A stretch of DNA of 64,000 bases from the human T2T-CHM13v2.0 reference genome, Homo sapiens. Location of the stretch: NCBI RefSeq assembly GCF_009914755.1, contig NC_060925.1; one strand, written 5' to 3'. The notes beneath the pieces were generated by a model. That model ran no database searches, had not been told where the DNA came from, and was given only the letters and a program-made list of their open reading frames with translations. The stretch's first letter is position 1, and each line of letters opens with the position of its first letter. The translations under genes and the position numbers were made by a program. Below are positions 31,093 to 64,000 of this stretch, in pieces.

Positions 31093-31586
31093 TATTGCAG
31101 CGGGATAATTTAGGAATCAGAGAGACTGAGGAGTTGAAGAGGATACTTATTATTTATTATTTAGGTGCACCGGCCCAGTCAGATTAACATCCAAAAAAAC
31201 TGAGCTCCAAACAAAGAGTCTGGTTATCTTTTAAGCATTTTGTGGGGTGGGGGAGATCTGTGCAGGGGGAAGCATATTACAGAAGCAAGAAACAAAGACA
31301 GTTATTTAATTGAGACATGCATTACATCATTTCTTACTTTTCAAGGAAAAACATGTTTTACAACTTGAGTTTATCTGCCTAGTGGCCTTGCAGCTGCACA
31401 GCTAGAAAAACAGGGTCTTCACAATGCCTGGGAAAGGGAGAGATAAGGCTCACTAGCCACAGGAAAACAGGCAGTTAAGTTTTAAAGGACTTCATCTCTT
31501 TCTCTTCCTCAGGGGGAATTGGGTTTTCTTACATACAACTGAGTTTTTGCTTACACATTCTTTAATTTCTTTTAATTCCTGTTTCA
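31093..31586 (-). mobile_element. ERV1 solo LTR (LTR15-like)
   Basis: Minus-strand start TGAAACAGGAATTAAAAGAAATTAAAGAATG; ATAT flanks; the left boundary is uncertain by ~3 bp. Confidence 0.65.
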
Positions 31587-34500
31587 ATATAACAACAAAA
31601 GCAGCTAGATAAATATAAACCTTAGCTAAATTGCCAGTGGTTTATCTAGTAAAATTTAATCATACAATATTTAGACCTGAAAGATACATTATAACTCTAA
31701 AAGTACGTGCAATAATATTAGAATTTTTTTGAAATCTTGTAATTAAACTTGGCAGACTCAAGACACAAACCTAATCTGAGATAATTATAGTGGTCCCATA
31801 CTTTCTGAGTCATGAAGATTGATTTAGAGGAAGAATGAGCATATGACCTAAGACCAAATAAAAGCAGTCCTTCTTCAGTTACCTAGATCCAAAAAGTTTC
31901 TCCCTCTCTCCCTCTCACTCTTTCTCTTATTCTAGATAACTTCCTTTTTCTCTCATCTCTCTCATTTTTTAAAATGAGTGTATAAAGATGTGAGTCTAGA
32001 GACCCAGAATGTAAAGCCAGTTAGTTTTTTGCTCCAAAACATGATTTATGTTATTTTCAATGGAGGAAAAATAAATAAATTTGGAGTCCTACTTCCAGCT
32101 TCCATGACTTGTAAATGCCACAAGGAAAAAAATATTTTAAAATCATATTCCATAAGTCTAATCCAAAAAATATGAACAGGTAAAAGAATAACTATTAAAA
32201 TGGTTTCTTACAATAAAGGAGTTTAATGAGCCTTGATTTAATGAAAATGACTTTTTAAGTATTCTACTAATTTAACTCCAGAACCAGTGATTTGGAACAA
32301 CTTGTTCATTACAAATTCTTCAGTCAGGAAAAATGTAGAGACAAAGAAACAATGGTCTTTTAAAGATAAGATTCATAGCCTTGGGGAATTCTAGAATAGG
32401 AAAGTATAGTCACTGTGAAAACCAGTAAAAATAAGGCAAACTAAAACCACCTAGGATATTATTGGGCATAGAAATAGACAGGATAAAGACAAGGCTTTTA
32501 GAACTACCCAAAAAGTCAGGCAATGGAACTCACTTGTTGAGTTGGCTGTGATGTCACTTTTTCAAGAAATTGGAGATGCATCACTTGAGAAAAGTATACC
32601 CTCAATTCAGTCTTATTGTACCTGGAACATGGAGCTTAAAGGGAAAACTGAATTTAACAGATCTTTTAATTTGCAGAATAGATCAATGGGAAGAAATTGT
32701 CTCAAGTTAGGCTATTATATTGCAATCCTAGTATAGCATATTTATGAGTTTATAAAAGTCTACAGTGTCTCAGGCTGCTTTTGGAGAGACAAAGGCTAGT
32801 CTTCTGTGCCTCATGTCCAAGTTGGTTCAGGCTATGCTGCCTCACTTCATACTTCCACCCTTCCAGGAAGTAAGTGTTAGCTTTGTGACACATCACAGAT
32901 AGAGACTACAGACACCACTCAAGTTATAGCTTTAGACGTTTGTTTATTTATCTCATTGCCTTTATCTCATTACATATTCATTGCTCTGGCTCCCTTAGAG
33001 AACAGGTCCAGTGACTTGCAAAGGAGACTCTTGGGAAAAAGCATGTCATTCTTCTTCTGGAGATCCAATTGGGAAATACCTTAACCAGAGGGAAACACCT
33101 TAACAAGAGTTAGCTGGTTTGGTCCCTTCTGACTCTCAACACCTCCAGTTTAGTATAGGGAAGACATATGTATGTACATTGTTTTTAGGCCATAAGTCAA
33201 AAACTACCCCCTTTAACACACAACACTTGTCAGAGATTATCTATTTTAGATTTGTTACTTGGGAGTCAGGTCTCACTTCCCACCAACAGTGCTCAAACTA
33301 AACCCTCACTTTGCACTAACAGTGCTCAGACTAAACCTCCTCAGATTCTATTTATAAAAGCAAAAAGTTATTCCTTGCTTAACATTTCCTTTTACCATTT
33401 GCAGGAGTTGGGGGCTTATCAAAGAGTTTACATATTCAAAGTTTATAGACATTAATATTGTATCTTGTGTGTGGGAGTCTTTGTGTCCATTAAAACTACA
33501 CTGGACAACCATCCTCAAGACAGAGAGTCATCAGATTGCCCAAGGTTAATGTAAAATAAAAAATCTTAAAGGCAGCTAGAGATAAGGGGCAGGTCACTTA
33601 CAAAGGAAACTCTATGGAGCTAACAGTGGACCTTTCAGCAGAAACCTTACAAGCCAGATGAGATTGGGGGTGCATTATCAACATCCTTAAAGAAATAAAA
33701 TTCTAAACAAGAATGTAATATTCCATCAAAGTAAGTTTTAAAAGCAAAGGAGAAATGAAATCCTTTTCAAACAAGCAAATATTAAGGGAATTTTTTACAA
33801 CTAGACCTGCCTTACAAGAAGCCCTACAGGGAGTGCTAACCATGGAAGTGAAAGAACAATACCTGGCACCTAAAAAAACACGCTTAAGTACATAGGCCAT
33901 TGACACTATAAAGCAAAAATACAATCAAGTTTACATAGCAACCAGCTAACAGCATGATGACAGGATCAAATCCTTATATACAATAATGATTTTGACTGTA
34001 AATGGGCTAACCGCCTAACATAAAAGGCACAGAGTGGTAAGTTGGATAAAGAAGCAAGACCCAATTCTATGCTGTATTTGAGAGATCCATCTCACAAGTA
34101 ATGACACACACTGGCTAGAAGTAAGGTGATGAATAAAAATCTATTAGGCAAATGGAAAACAAAAAAGAAGATCTAATATATTCTTATATCAGACAAATCA
34201 GACTATAAACCAAAAACAAACAAAAAGGACAAAGAAGGACATTAAATAATTATAAAGACTTCAATCTAACAAGATGTACATGTCTTAAATATAAATACAC
34301 CCACCACTGGAGCACCCAGATTTGTAAAACAAGTTCTTAAAGATCTATGAAGAGATGTAGACAAGCACACAATAATAGTGGGAAGCATCAACACTCCACT
34401 GATGGTGTTAGATAAGATCATTAAGGCAGAAAACTAACAAAGATATCCTGTACTTAAATTCGACCCTTGACCAATTGGACCTAACAGACGTCTACAGAAC

Positions 34501-35477
34501 ACTCTACTCAACAACAACAGAATATATATTTTTCTTCTCTGCACATGGCACATGCTCTAAAAATGACCACATACTTGATCCTAAGGCATATTTAAACAAA
34601 TTCAAGAAAATCAAAATCATACTAACTATATTATTGGACCACAGTGCAATAAAATTAGAAATAAATACAAAGAAGATCTACCAAAACAATACAAGTACAT
34701 GGAAGTTAAGCAACCTGCTTCTGAATGACTTTTGGATAAAGAATGAAATTAAGGTAGAATTCAAAAAATGATTTGAAACTAATGAAAACAGAGACCCAAT
34801 ATGCCAGATTCTTTGCAACACAGTTAAAGCAGTGTTAAGAGGAAAGTTTATACCACTAGATACCTACATCAAGCAGTGAAAATGATATCAAATTAACGAC
34901 CTAATGTCGCACCTAGAGAAATGAAAAAAACAAAAGTAAATCAATCCCAAATCTAGCAGATAAGAAATAACCAAAATCAGACCTGAACTGAATGAAATTA
35001 AGATGAAAAATTCATACAAAGGATCAATAAAACCAAAAGTTGGTTCTTTGAAAGACTAAACAAGATTGATAGAGCAATAGGTAGATTAGTAAAGAGAGAA
35101 GATCCAAATGCAATCAGAAACAACAAAGCTAAAATTACATCCAACCCCACAAAAATACAAAAAATTATCAGAGACTATTACAAACACCTTTCTGCACACA
35201 AATGAGAAAACCTAGAAGAAATAGGTAAATTCCTGAAAACACACAGCCTCTCAAGATTGAACCAGAAAGAAATTAAATTATTAGGCTGAATAAGGAGTTT
35301 TGAAATTGAATAAGCAATAAAGACTACTGATCAAAAAAGCCCTCAACCAGGCAGAGTCACAGCCAAATTCTGCCAGACATACAAAGAAGGACTAGTACCA
35401 ATCCTCCTGAAATTATTCCAAAAGATCAAGGAGGATAGATTCTTCCCTAACTTATTCTGTGAAGCCAGCATCATTCT

Positions 35478-48119
<12,642 letters not shown>

Positions 48120-48207
48120 CAGCATCATTCTAATACCAAAACCTGGCAGAGACCATGAAAAAAAGGACTTCAGGTCAATATCCCTGATGAGCACAAATTC
48201 AAAATTC

Positions 48208-50400
<2,193 letters not shown>

Positions 50401-53120
50401 ATCTGCTGTTTTTGACTTTTTAATAAAAACTATTCTAACTAGTTCGATATGGTATCACACTTTGACTTTGTTGAAGAGCAGGTGGTTGTAGGTATGCAAT
50501 GTTGTTTCTCGGTTCTCTATCTTGTTCCATTGGTCTACGTGTCTGTTTTTGTATCTTTACCATGTTGTTTTGGTTACTGAGCCTTGTAGTATAGTTCGAT
50601 TTTGGGTGGTGTGATACCTCTGCTTTGTTCTTTTTGTTTAGGATTGCTTTGGTGATTTGGGCTCTTTTCTGGTTCCATAGAAATTTTAGAATAGATTTTT
50701 CTGCTTCTGTGAAAAATTACATTAGTAGTTTGATGGAAATAGCATTGGATGTGTAAATTGCTTTGGGCAGTGTGGCTATTTAACAATATTGAGTCTTCCT
50801 ACCCATAGGCATGAAATGTTTTTTCATGTGTTGGTGTAGTCTCAGATTTCTTTCATCAGTGTTTTGTAATTCTCATTGTAGAGATCTTTCACCTCCCTGG
50901 TTAGCTGTATTCATAGTTAATTTATTCTTTTTGTGGCTATTGTGAATGAGACTGCATTCCTGATTTGGCTATCAGCTTAGATGTTATAGGTATATAGAAA
51001 TTATACTGATTTTTGCATGTCAATTATGTGTCCTAAAGCTTTATCAAAGTTGTTTATCAGTTCTAGGAATATTTGGGCCACAGACTATGAGGTTTTCTAG
51101 GTATAAAATCAAATCATTTGCAAAGAGACATAGTTTGACTTCCTCTCTTCCTGTTTGGATGTGTGTCCCCCCACCCCCACCCCCAACCTTGCCTGATTAC
51201 TCTGGCTAGTACTTCCAGTACTATGTTGAATAGAAGCGGTGAGAGTAGGCATCTTTGTCTTGTTCTGTTTCTCAAGGAAAATACTTCTAGCTTTTGCCCA
51301 TTCAGTATGATCTTGGGAACGGATTTGTCATAGATAGCTCTAGTTATTTTTAGGTATGTACTTTTGATCCTTAGTTTGTTGAAGATTTTTAACATGAAGG
51401 CATGTTGAAAGACTTTTCTATGTCTATTGAGATGATCATGTGGTTTTTAGATCTTTTTATGTGATAAAACACTTTTACTGATTTGTGTATGTTAAACCAA
51501 CCTTATATTCAAGGAATAAAGACTACGTAATCATTGTGGATTAGCATTATTATGTGCTGCTGGATTTGGTTTGAGGAATTTTGTATCTGTGTGTATTAGG
51601 GATATTGACCTGAAGTTTTATTTTTTCATTTGCCTCTGCTAGGTTTTGGTATCAGAATAATGCTGACCTCATAGAATGAGTTAGGGAGGAGTCCCGTCTC
51701 CTCAACTTTTTGGAAGAGTGTCAGTAGGATTAGTATCAGCTCTTTTTTATACAGCTGGTAGAATTCAGGTATGAATCCTTTTAGTCCAGGGCTTTTTCTG
51801 TTTGGTAGGTTTTTTACTACTAATTCAATTTTGGAACTCATTATTGGTCTGTTCAGGGTTTCAGTTTTTTCCCTGTTCACTCTTGGGTGGTTGTATATTT
51901 CCAGGAATTTATCTATTTCTTCTAGGTTTTCTAGTTTGTGTGCATAAAAGTGTTCGTAGCAGTCTCTAGGTTTTTTTTTTCTTTTACATATATGTTGGTT
52001 CTATGGTAATGTCATCTTTGTCATTTCTGATTGTGTGTATTTGGATCTTCTCTCATTTTTTCTTTATTAGCCTAGTTATCACTCAATTTATCTTATTTAT
52101 TCTTTAAAGAACTAACTTTTGGTTTCATTGATCTTTTGTATGGCTTTTCTCATCTCCATTTTGTTCAGTCAGGTCAGATTTTGGTTTTTTTCTTCCATCA
52201 GCTCTGTGATTGGTTTGCCTTTGTTTTTCTAGTTCTTCTAGATGTGTCTCTTAAAGACATCCTACACTTGGATGTTGCCTCTTCATTCGACTTGCCACTC
52301 TATGCCTTTAAATGGGGTGTTTATCCCATTTACTTTCAAGATTAACATTGTTATGTGTGGATTTTGTCCTGTCATTATGTTTTTAATTTGTAGGTTGTTA
52401 ATTTGAGAGCTTTCTAACTTTTTGATGTAGGCCTTCAGTGCTATGAACTTTCCTCTTAACATTGCTTTAGCTGGTTTGCAAAGATTCTGGTATGTTGTAT
52501 CTTTGTTTTTTTTGGTTTCAAATAATATTTCGATTTCTTCTTTAGTTTCATTGTTTACCCAAAAACCCTTCAGGAGAAGATTGTTAAATTTCTATCTACT
52601 TGTATAGTTTTGGTAGATCTTCTTTGTATTGGTTTTTATTTTTATTGCACTGTGGTTCAATAGTGTGGTAGGTATGATATTGTTTTTCTTTTCTTTGTTG
52701 AGAATTGCTTTATGGTTGAGTGTGTGGTCCACTTTAAATGTGTGCCTTGTGCGAATGAGAAGAATGTATGTTCTCTTATTGTTGGTTGGAGTGTTCTGTA
52801 GAGATCTGTTAGCCCTTATTGGTCAAGTGTCGAGTTTGTCTCAAATATCGTCATTAGTTTTCTACCTCAATGATGTAATACTGTTCATTGGATGTTGAAG
52901 TCTCTCACTATAATTGTGTGGTTATCTCAATCTCTTTGTAGATCTCTTAGAACTTATTTTATGACTCTGAGTGCCCTAGTGTTGGGTGAATATGTATTTA
53001 GGATAGTTAAGTTTTCTTGTTGAATAGGACACTTTATCATTATGTAATGCCTTTCTTGTCCTTTTTGATCATTGTTGGTTTAAAATTTGTTTTGTCAGAA
53101 ATAAGAGTAGCAAACCCTAC

Positions 53121-53548
53121 TGATATGGTTTGGAAATGTGTCATCACCCAAATCTCATGTCAAATTGTCATCCCGACTGTTGAAGGTGGGGTCTGGTGGA
53201 AGGTGACTGGATCCTGGGGGTGGAGTTCTCAAGCATGGTTTAGCACTATACTCCCTTGGTACTGTATAGTGAATGAGTTCTCATGAGATATGTTTCTTTA
53301 AAAGTGTGTGGCACCTCCTCCTTCTCTCTCTCTTCCTCCTGCTCTGGCCTTGTAAGATGTGCCAGCTTCCTCTTCACTTTCTGCCATAATTGTATGTTTC
53401 CTGAGGTCTCCCCTGAAGTGAAGCAGATGCTGCCAGAATTATACTTCCCATACAGACTGCAGAACTGTGAGCCAATTACACGTCTTTTCTTTGTAAATTA
53501 CCCAGTCTCAGGTATTTCTTCATAGCAATGTGAGAGCAGACTAATACA
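53121..53548 (+). mobile_element. MSTA/MSTB solo LTR
   Basis: tgatatggtttgg...gactaataca; TSD CCTAC/CCTGC. Confidence 0.88.
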
Positions 53549-53673
53549 CCTGCTATTTTTTTTGTTTTCGATTTGCTTCATACATTTTTCTCCATTCCTT
53601 TACTTTGAGCCTATGGGTGTCATTGCATGTGAGATGGTTCTCTTGAAGACAATACACAGTTGGATATTGCCTC

Positions 53674-53978
<305 letters not shown>

Positions 53979-54867
53979 TGGATCTTGCCTCTTTATCCAA
54001 CTTGCCACTGTGTCTTTAAGCGAGATGTTTAGCCCATTTACTTTCAAGATTAATACTGATATCTGTGGATTTTATCCTATCATCATGTTGTTAGTTTGCT
54101 GTTATGTAGAATTTATTGTGTAATTGTTTTATAGTGTCAATGGTCTATTTACTTAAGAGTGTTTTTGCGGTTGCTGGTACTGGTTTTTCATTTCCATGCT
54201 TGGCAGTTCCTTAAAGAGCTCCTGTAAGGCAGGTCTGGTGGTAAAAAATCCCTTAACATTTGCTTATCTGAAAAGGATGTTATTTCTCCTTTGCTTATGA
54301 AGCTTACTTTGACAGAATATTAAATTATTGGATGGAATTTCTTTCCTTTAAGGATGCTGGATATAGGTCTCCAATCTCTTCTAGCTTGTAGGATTTCTGC
54401 TGAAAGGTCCACTGTTGGCCTTATCCGTTTTTTGTTTTGTTTTTTACCTGCCTCTTCTCTTTAGCTGCCTTTGATTTTTTTTCTTTCACATTGACCTATG
54501 AGACTCTTATGACTATGTGTCTTGGGGATGTTAATCATGTATAGTATTTCACAGGGGTTCCCTGAATTTCCTGAATTTGAATGTTGACCTCTGAATGGTG
54601 AGGTTGGGAAAATATTAATAAACAATATCCTCATATATGTTTTCCAAGTTGCTTGCTTTCTCACCCTCTATTTTGGGGATGCCAATGAGTCATAGGTTTA
54701 GTCTCCTTACATAATCACATATTTCTCAGAGGCTCTGTTCACTTTTCAAATTATTTTTTCTTTATTTTAGTCTGACCGAGTTGATGCGAAGAACTGGTTT
54801 TTGAGCTCTAAGATTCTTTCATCAGCTGGGTGTATTCTGCTGTTAATGCTTCCAATTATATTATGAA

Positions 54868-59519
<4,652 letters not shown>

Positions 59520-59624
59520 TATTATGAAATTTTTGTAGTGAGTTTTCAGTTCTCTGAGATCAATTTTGTTCTCTTTGAAAACGGCTATTTTATCTTTCAA
59601 CTCTTGAATAGTTTACTGAATCCT

Positions 59625-62600
59625 GCCAGGACTTCCCTGCATTTTAGTGCTGAACTGGACCCAGAGCCAGTAGGCTTGTGGGGCATGTGACCTACTGAGA
59701 TACCAGCTAAGGTGGCTAAAGGAGTTCTGGCATCACCCCTTCCCTAACCCTAGTCTGCACACAGCTCATGGCAACAAAAGGGACCCCTTCCTTCCAGTTA
59801 AAAAGAGGAGAGGAAAAAATAGGGAGGACTTTGTCTTGCATCCCAGATACCAACTCAGCCATAGCAGAATAGGACATTGAGTAGAGTTGTGAGGACCCTT
59901 TTCCAGGCCCTAACTCCCAGATAGCATTTCTAGACACACCATGGGCCAGAAGGAAAACCACTTCTGTGAAGGGAAGTCCTTGCAGGATTCATCACCTGCT
60001 AATTTAAGAGCCTTTGGACCCTGAATAACTAGTAGCTATGCCCAGGTACTACGTCAAGGGCCTCAGAAGACTGAGACTTGCTGGCTTCATGTGAGACTCA
60101 GCACATTCACAGCTTTAGTGGCTAAGAGACAAGACTTCTTCTGCTTGAGAAAGACTGAGAGAAGAGTACCAGAGACTTCGTCTTGAACTTTAGGTACCAG
60201 GTCAGCAACAGGAGGGAAGAGCACCAGGAAGGTTCTTGGGGTCCCCGATTCAAGGACATGGTTCTTGGATGGCATTTTTGGATCTGCCCTGGGCCAAAGG
60301 GGCACCTTTTGCCTTGAATGGTGAGTCCCAGGGCAGGCAGCATTCACCATAAGCTGATGAAAGAGCCCTTGGGCCTTAAGGGAATATTAGCAGTAGTCTA
60401 GCAGTCCTCCCTGTAGGCCTGTGGTGGTGGCAGCCATGTGGTGAGGCTCATCTGCCTTTGGATATATGAAGCAAGAGTAGGAATGACTGTGTCCTGTGGG
60501 TTGAGTGCTAGCTCAGCTGCAGTATGATAGAACACCAATTAGACTCCTAAGATTCTTGATTCTAGTCCCTGGCTCCTGGACTGTACCTTCAAACCTGCCT
60601 GGAAGCCTGGGGGAACTCACTTCCTAGAAGGAAAAAACACAGGCCTAGTTGACTTTGCCACCTGTTGACTGTAGAACACCAGGGTCCTGAGCAAACATAG
60701 ACAGTAGCCCAAGAGTAGCAGGCCCATGCTGTGCTGGCTTCAGACCTGACCAGTGCAGTAATAGTGGTAGTGGGCGCAGTGGTGCTGTGTCATTCCACCT
60801 TGAGCTTCAGTTGGCTCATAACAGACAGAGAGACTCTATTTGTTTGGGAAAAAGTGGGGGAAAAGAACAAGAGTCTCTGCCTGGTCATTCAGAGAATTCT
60901 AGATCTTGTCCAAGATCATCAAGGCACTACCTCTACAAGTCTGGAAGAACCACAGAATTATTGGGTTCTTCCACATTTTTTTCTACAGCACCCATATTTT
61001 TTCTGAAATATCTGGAAAGCCTTCCATAGAAGGATGAGTACAAACAAGTCCAGATGGTGAAGACTGCTATAAATACCTAAATCTTCAATTTCCCAGAAAC
61101 AAACATCTGCAAGTATCCAGACAATCCAGGAAAACATAGTCTTACCAAATGAACAAAATAAGGTACCAAGGACCAGTCCTGGAGAAATAGAGATGTGCGA
61201 TCTTTCAGACAGAGAATTCAAAATGCCTACGTTGAAGAAACTCAAAGAAATTCAAGATAACACGGAGAAAGAATTAAGAATTCTATCCGATAAATTTCAC
61301 AGAGTTTAAAATAATTAAAAAGGATCAAGCAGAAATTCTGGAGCTGAAAAAAATGCAATTGGCATGCTGAAGAATGCATGAAAGTCTTTCCCTAGCAGAA
61401 CTGCACAAGCAGAATAAAGAATTAATGAGCTTGAAGACAGGCTAATGAAAATACACAGTCAGAGAACACAGAAGAAAAAAGAATAAAAAACAATGAACCA
61501 TTCCTACAGGATCTAGAAAATTACCTTAAAAGGGCAAATTTAAGATTCATTTACTTCAAAGAGGAGGTAGAGAAAGAGACAGAGGTAGAAAGCTTATTTA
61601 AAGGGATAATAACAGGGAATTTCCCAAACCTAGAGAAAGATATCAATATTCAAGTACAAGAAGATCATAGAACACCAAGCCAATTTAACCTGAAGAAGAC
61701 TACCTCAAAGCTTTTAATTATCAAAGTCCCAAAAATCAAGGATAAAGAAAGGATCCTTAAAGCAGCAAGAGAACCTAAACAAATAACATACAATGGAGCT
61801 CCAGATACATTTGGCAGCAGACCTTTCAGTGGAAATCTTAGAGGCCATGAGAGAGTGGCATAATGTATTCAAAGTGCTAAGGAAAAAAGATACTTTTACC
61901 CTAGAATAGTATATCTGGTGAAAATATCTTTCAAACATCAAGAAGAAATAAAGACTTTCCCAGACAAACAAAAGTTGAGGGAGTTCATGAACATCAGACC
62001 TGTATAAAAAGAAATGCTAAAGGGATTACTTCAATCAGAAAGAAAAGGACATTAACAAGTAGTAAGTAATCATCTGAAGGTACAAAACTCACTGATAATA
62101 GTCAGTATACAGAAATACAGAAAAACACAGAATATGATTACACTGTAACTGTGGTGTATAAACTACTCTTATCCCAAGTAGAAAGACTAACTGATAAACT
62201 AATCCAAAATAATTAACTACAACAACTTTTCAGGACATAGTCAGTATGATAAGATATAAATAGAAACAATAAAAAGTTAAAAAGTGGGGGGACAAAGTTA
62301 AAGCATAGAGTTTTTATTAGTTTTCTTTTTGCTTGTTTGTAGTCTGTTTATGCAAAAGTTTTGTTATGAGCTTAAAATAGGAGATTATAAGACAATATTT
62401 GCAAGACTTATGGTAACCTCAAACCAAAAAACATACAACAGATAACACAAAAAAGAAACAGCAAAAAACTAAATCATATAACCAAAGAAAATCACTGTCA
62501 CTATAGAAAGACAGGAAGGAAGGAAAGAAGTAAGAGAAGACCACAAAACAACCAGAAAACAATGAAATGGCAGGAGTACTACTTATCAATAATAACATTG

Positions 62601-64000
62601 AATGAAAATGGACTAAACCTGCCAATCAAAAGATGTGGCTAAATGCACAAGACCCATTGATGTGCTGCTATAAGAAACACACTTCACCTATAAAGACACT
62701 CATAATCTGAAAACAAAGAGATGGACAAAGGTATTCCATGCCAATGGAAACAACAAAACAAGCAGGAGTAGCTATACTCATATCAGGCCAAAATAGATTT
62801 CAAGACAAAAACTATAAGGAAAAACAAAGCCAGTGAGTATATCATGATAAAGGGGTCAATTTAACAAGAGAATATAACAATCTTAAGTATATATGCACCA
62901 AACGCTGGAGCATCCAGATATATAAAGCAAATATTATTAGAGCTAGAGAGAGAGACTGCAATACAATAATGGCTGGAGACTTCAATACCCCACTTTCAGC
63001 ATTGAACAGATCTTCCAGACAGAAAAGCAACAAAGAATCATTGGGCTTAATCTGCACTATAGACCAAATGGATCGAATAGATATTTACAAAATATTGCAT
63101 CCAATGGCTGCAGAATACATATCCTTTTCCTCAGCTCATGGATTATTCTCAAGAATAGACCATATGTTAGGTAACAAAACAAGTCTTAACACATCTAAAA
63201 AATTAAAATAATATCAAGCATCTTCCCTAACCACAATGGAATAAAACTAGAAATTAACAAGACAGTTTTTGGAAACTATAAGAATACATGAAAATTAAAC
63301 AATGTGGTCCTGAATGACTAATGTGTCAATGAAAAAATTACGAAGGAAATTGAAAAACTTTTTGAGACAAATGATAATGAAAATACAACATAGCAAAACC
63401 TATGAGATACAGCAAAAGCAGTACTAGCAGGGAAATTTATGGCTATAAGTGCCTACATTAAAAAAAAGAAAAACTTCAAAGAAACAACCTAATGACTAAT
63501 CTTAAAGAAGTAGAAAAGAGCAAACCAAACCTAAAATTAGAAGAAAATAAATAATAAAGAGCAGAGTAGAAATAAATGAAATTGAAATGAAAGTAACAAT
63601 ACAAAAGATCAATGAAACAAAAGTTGTTTTTTAAAAAATTAAACAAAATTAACAAACCTTCAGTCAGACTAAGAAAAAAGAAAGTATTCAAATAAACAAA
63701 ATCAGAGATGAAAAAGGAGACATAATGGGTACTGCAGAAATTCAAAGGATCATTAGTGGCTACTATGAAAAACTATATGCCAATACATTGAAAAATCTGG
63801 AAGAAATGGAAAAATTCCTAGACACATACAACCTACCAAGATTGGACAACGAAGAAATCCAAAACCTGAACAGACCAATAACAAGTAATGATAGTGAAGC
63901 CATAAGAAAAAGTCTCCCAGTAAAGAAAAGCCTGGGACGCAACGACTTCACTGTTTAATTTAAAGAAGAGGTTATACCAATTATATTCAAACTATCCTTA
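59625..64000 (+). mobile_element. Older L1 (L1PB/L1MA-like): 5'UTR, ORF1 and ORF2 start, running off the window
   Basis: ORF1 remnants ~61100-62050; ORF2 endonuclease remnants (AGDFNTPLSALNRSSRQK, 62969..63211; 63725..63958). Confidence 0.82.

Noticed and set aside
33420-33500. Possible missing 5' half of pseudo-exon 4 just before the outer L1
   Set aside because: I could not find a convincing match to [16 protein letters not shown] by eye; a sensitive alignment is needed.

Overview
Mammalian genomic DNA, almost certainly the human guanylate-binding protein (GBP) cluster. Positions 1-10.4 kb hold the 5' half of GBP4 on the minus strand. I traced coding exons 1-8 by hand: all seven introns are GT-AG, the frame is continuous (MGERTLHAAVPTPGYPESESIMMAPICLVEN...), and exon 8 runs off the left edge. 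The promoter has ISRE-, GAS- and NF-kB-like motifs. The remaining ~54 kb is mostly retroelements: MaLR, a MER4-group ERV1 provirus, solo LTRs, Alus and about 29 kb of nested or inverted L1. The non-GBP ORFs I could assign are L1, LTR or Alu remnants or antisense frames. Hidden among the repeats is a broken GBP pseudogene that the ORF track almost entirely misses. Its promoter/exon 1 (~29.0-30.95 kb), exon 2 (14658-14831) and exon 3 (14358-14457) lie on the minus strand. Part of exon 4, exon 5 and introns 4-5 (48208-50400) lie on the plus strand. These pieces are complementary and non-overlapping, which suggests one gene split by an inversion. The dead promoter keeps its ISRE and exon-1 splice donor and has acquired a same-direction LTR12 solo LTR, so it is a candidate distal promoter or enhancer for GBP4. 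I see no evidence of a new protein-coding system. Repeat subfamily names are from memory of consensus sequences and need RepeatMasker/Dfam confirmation.
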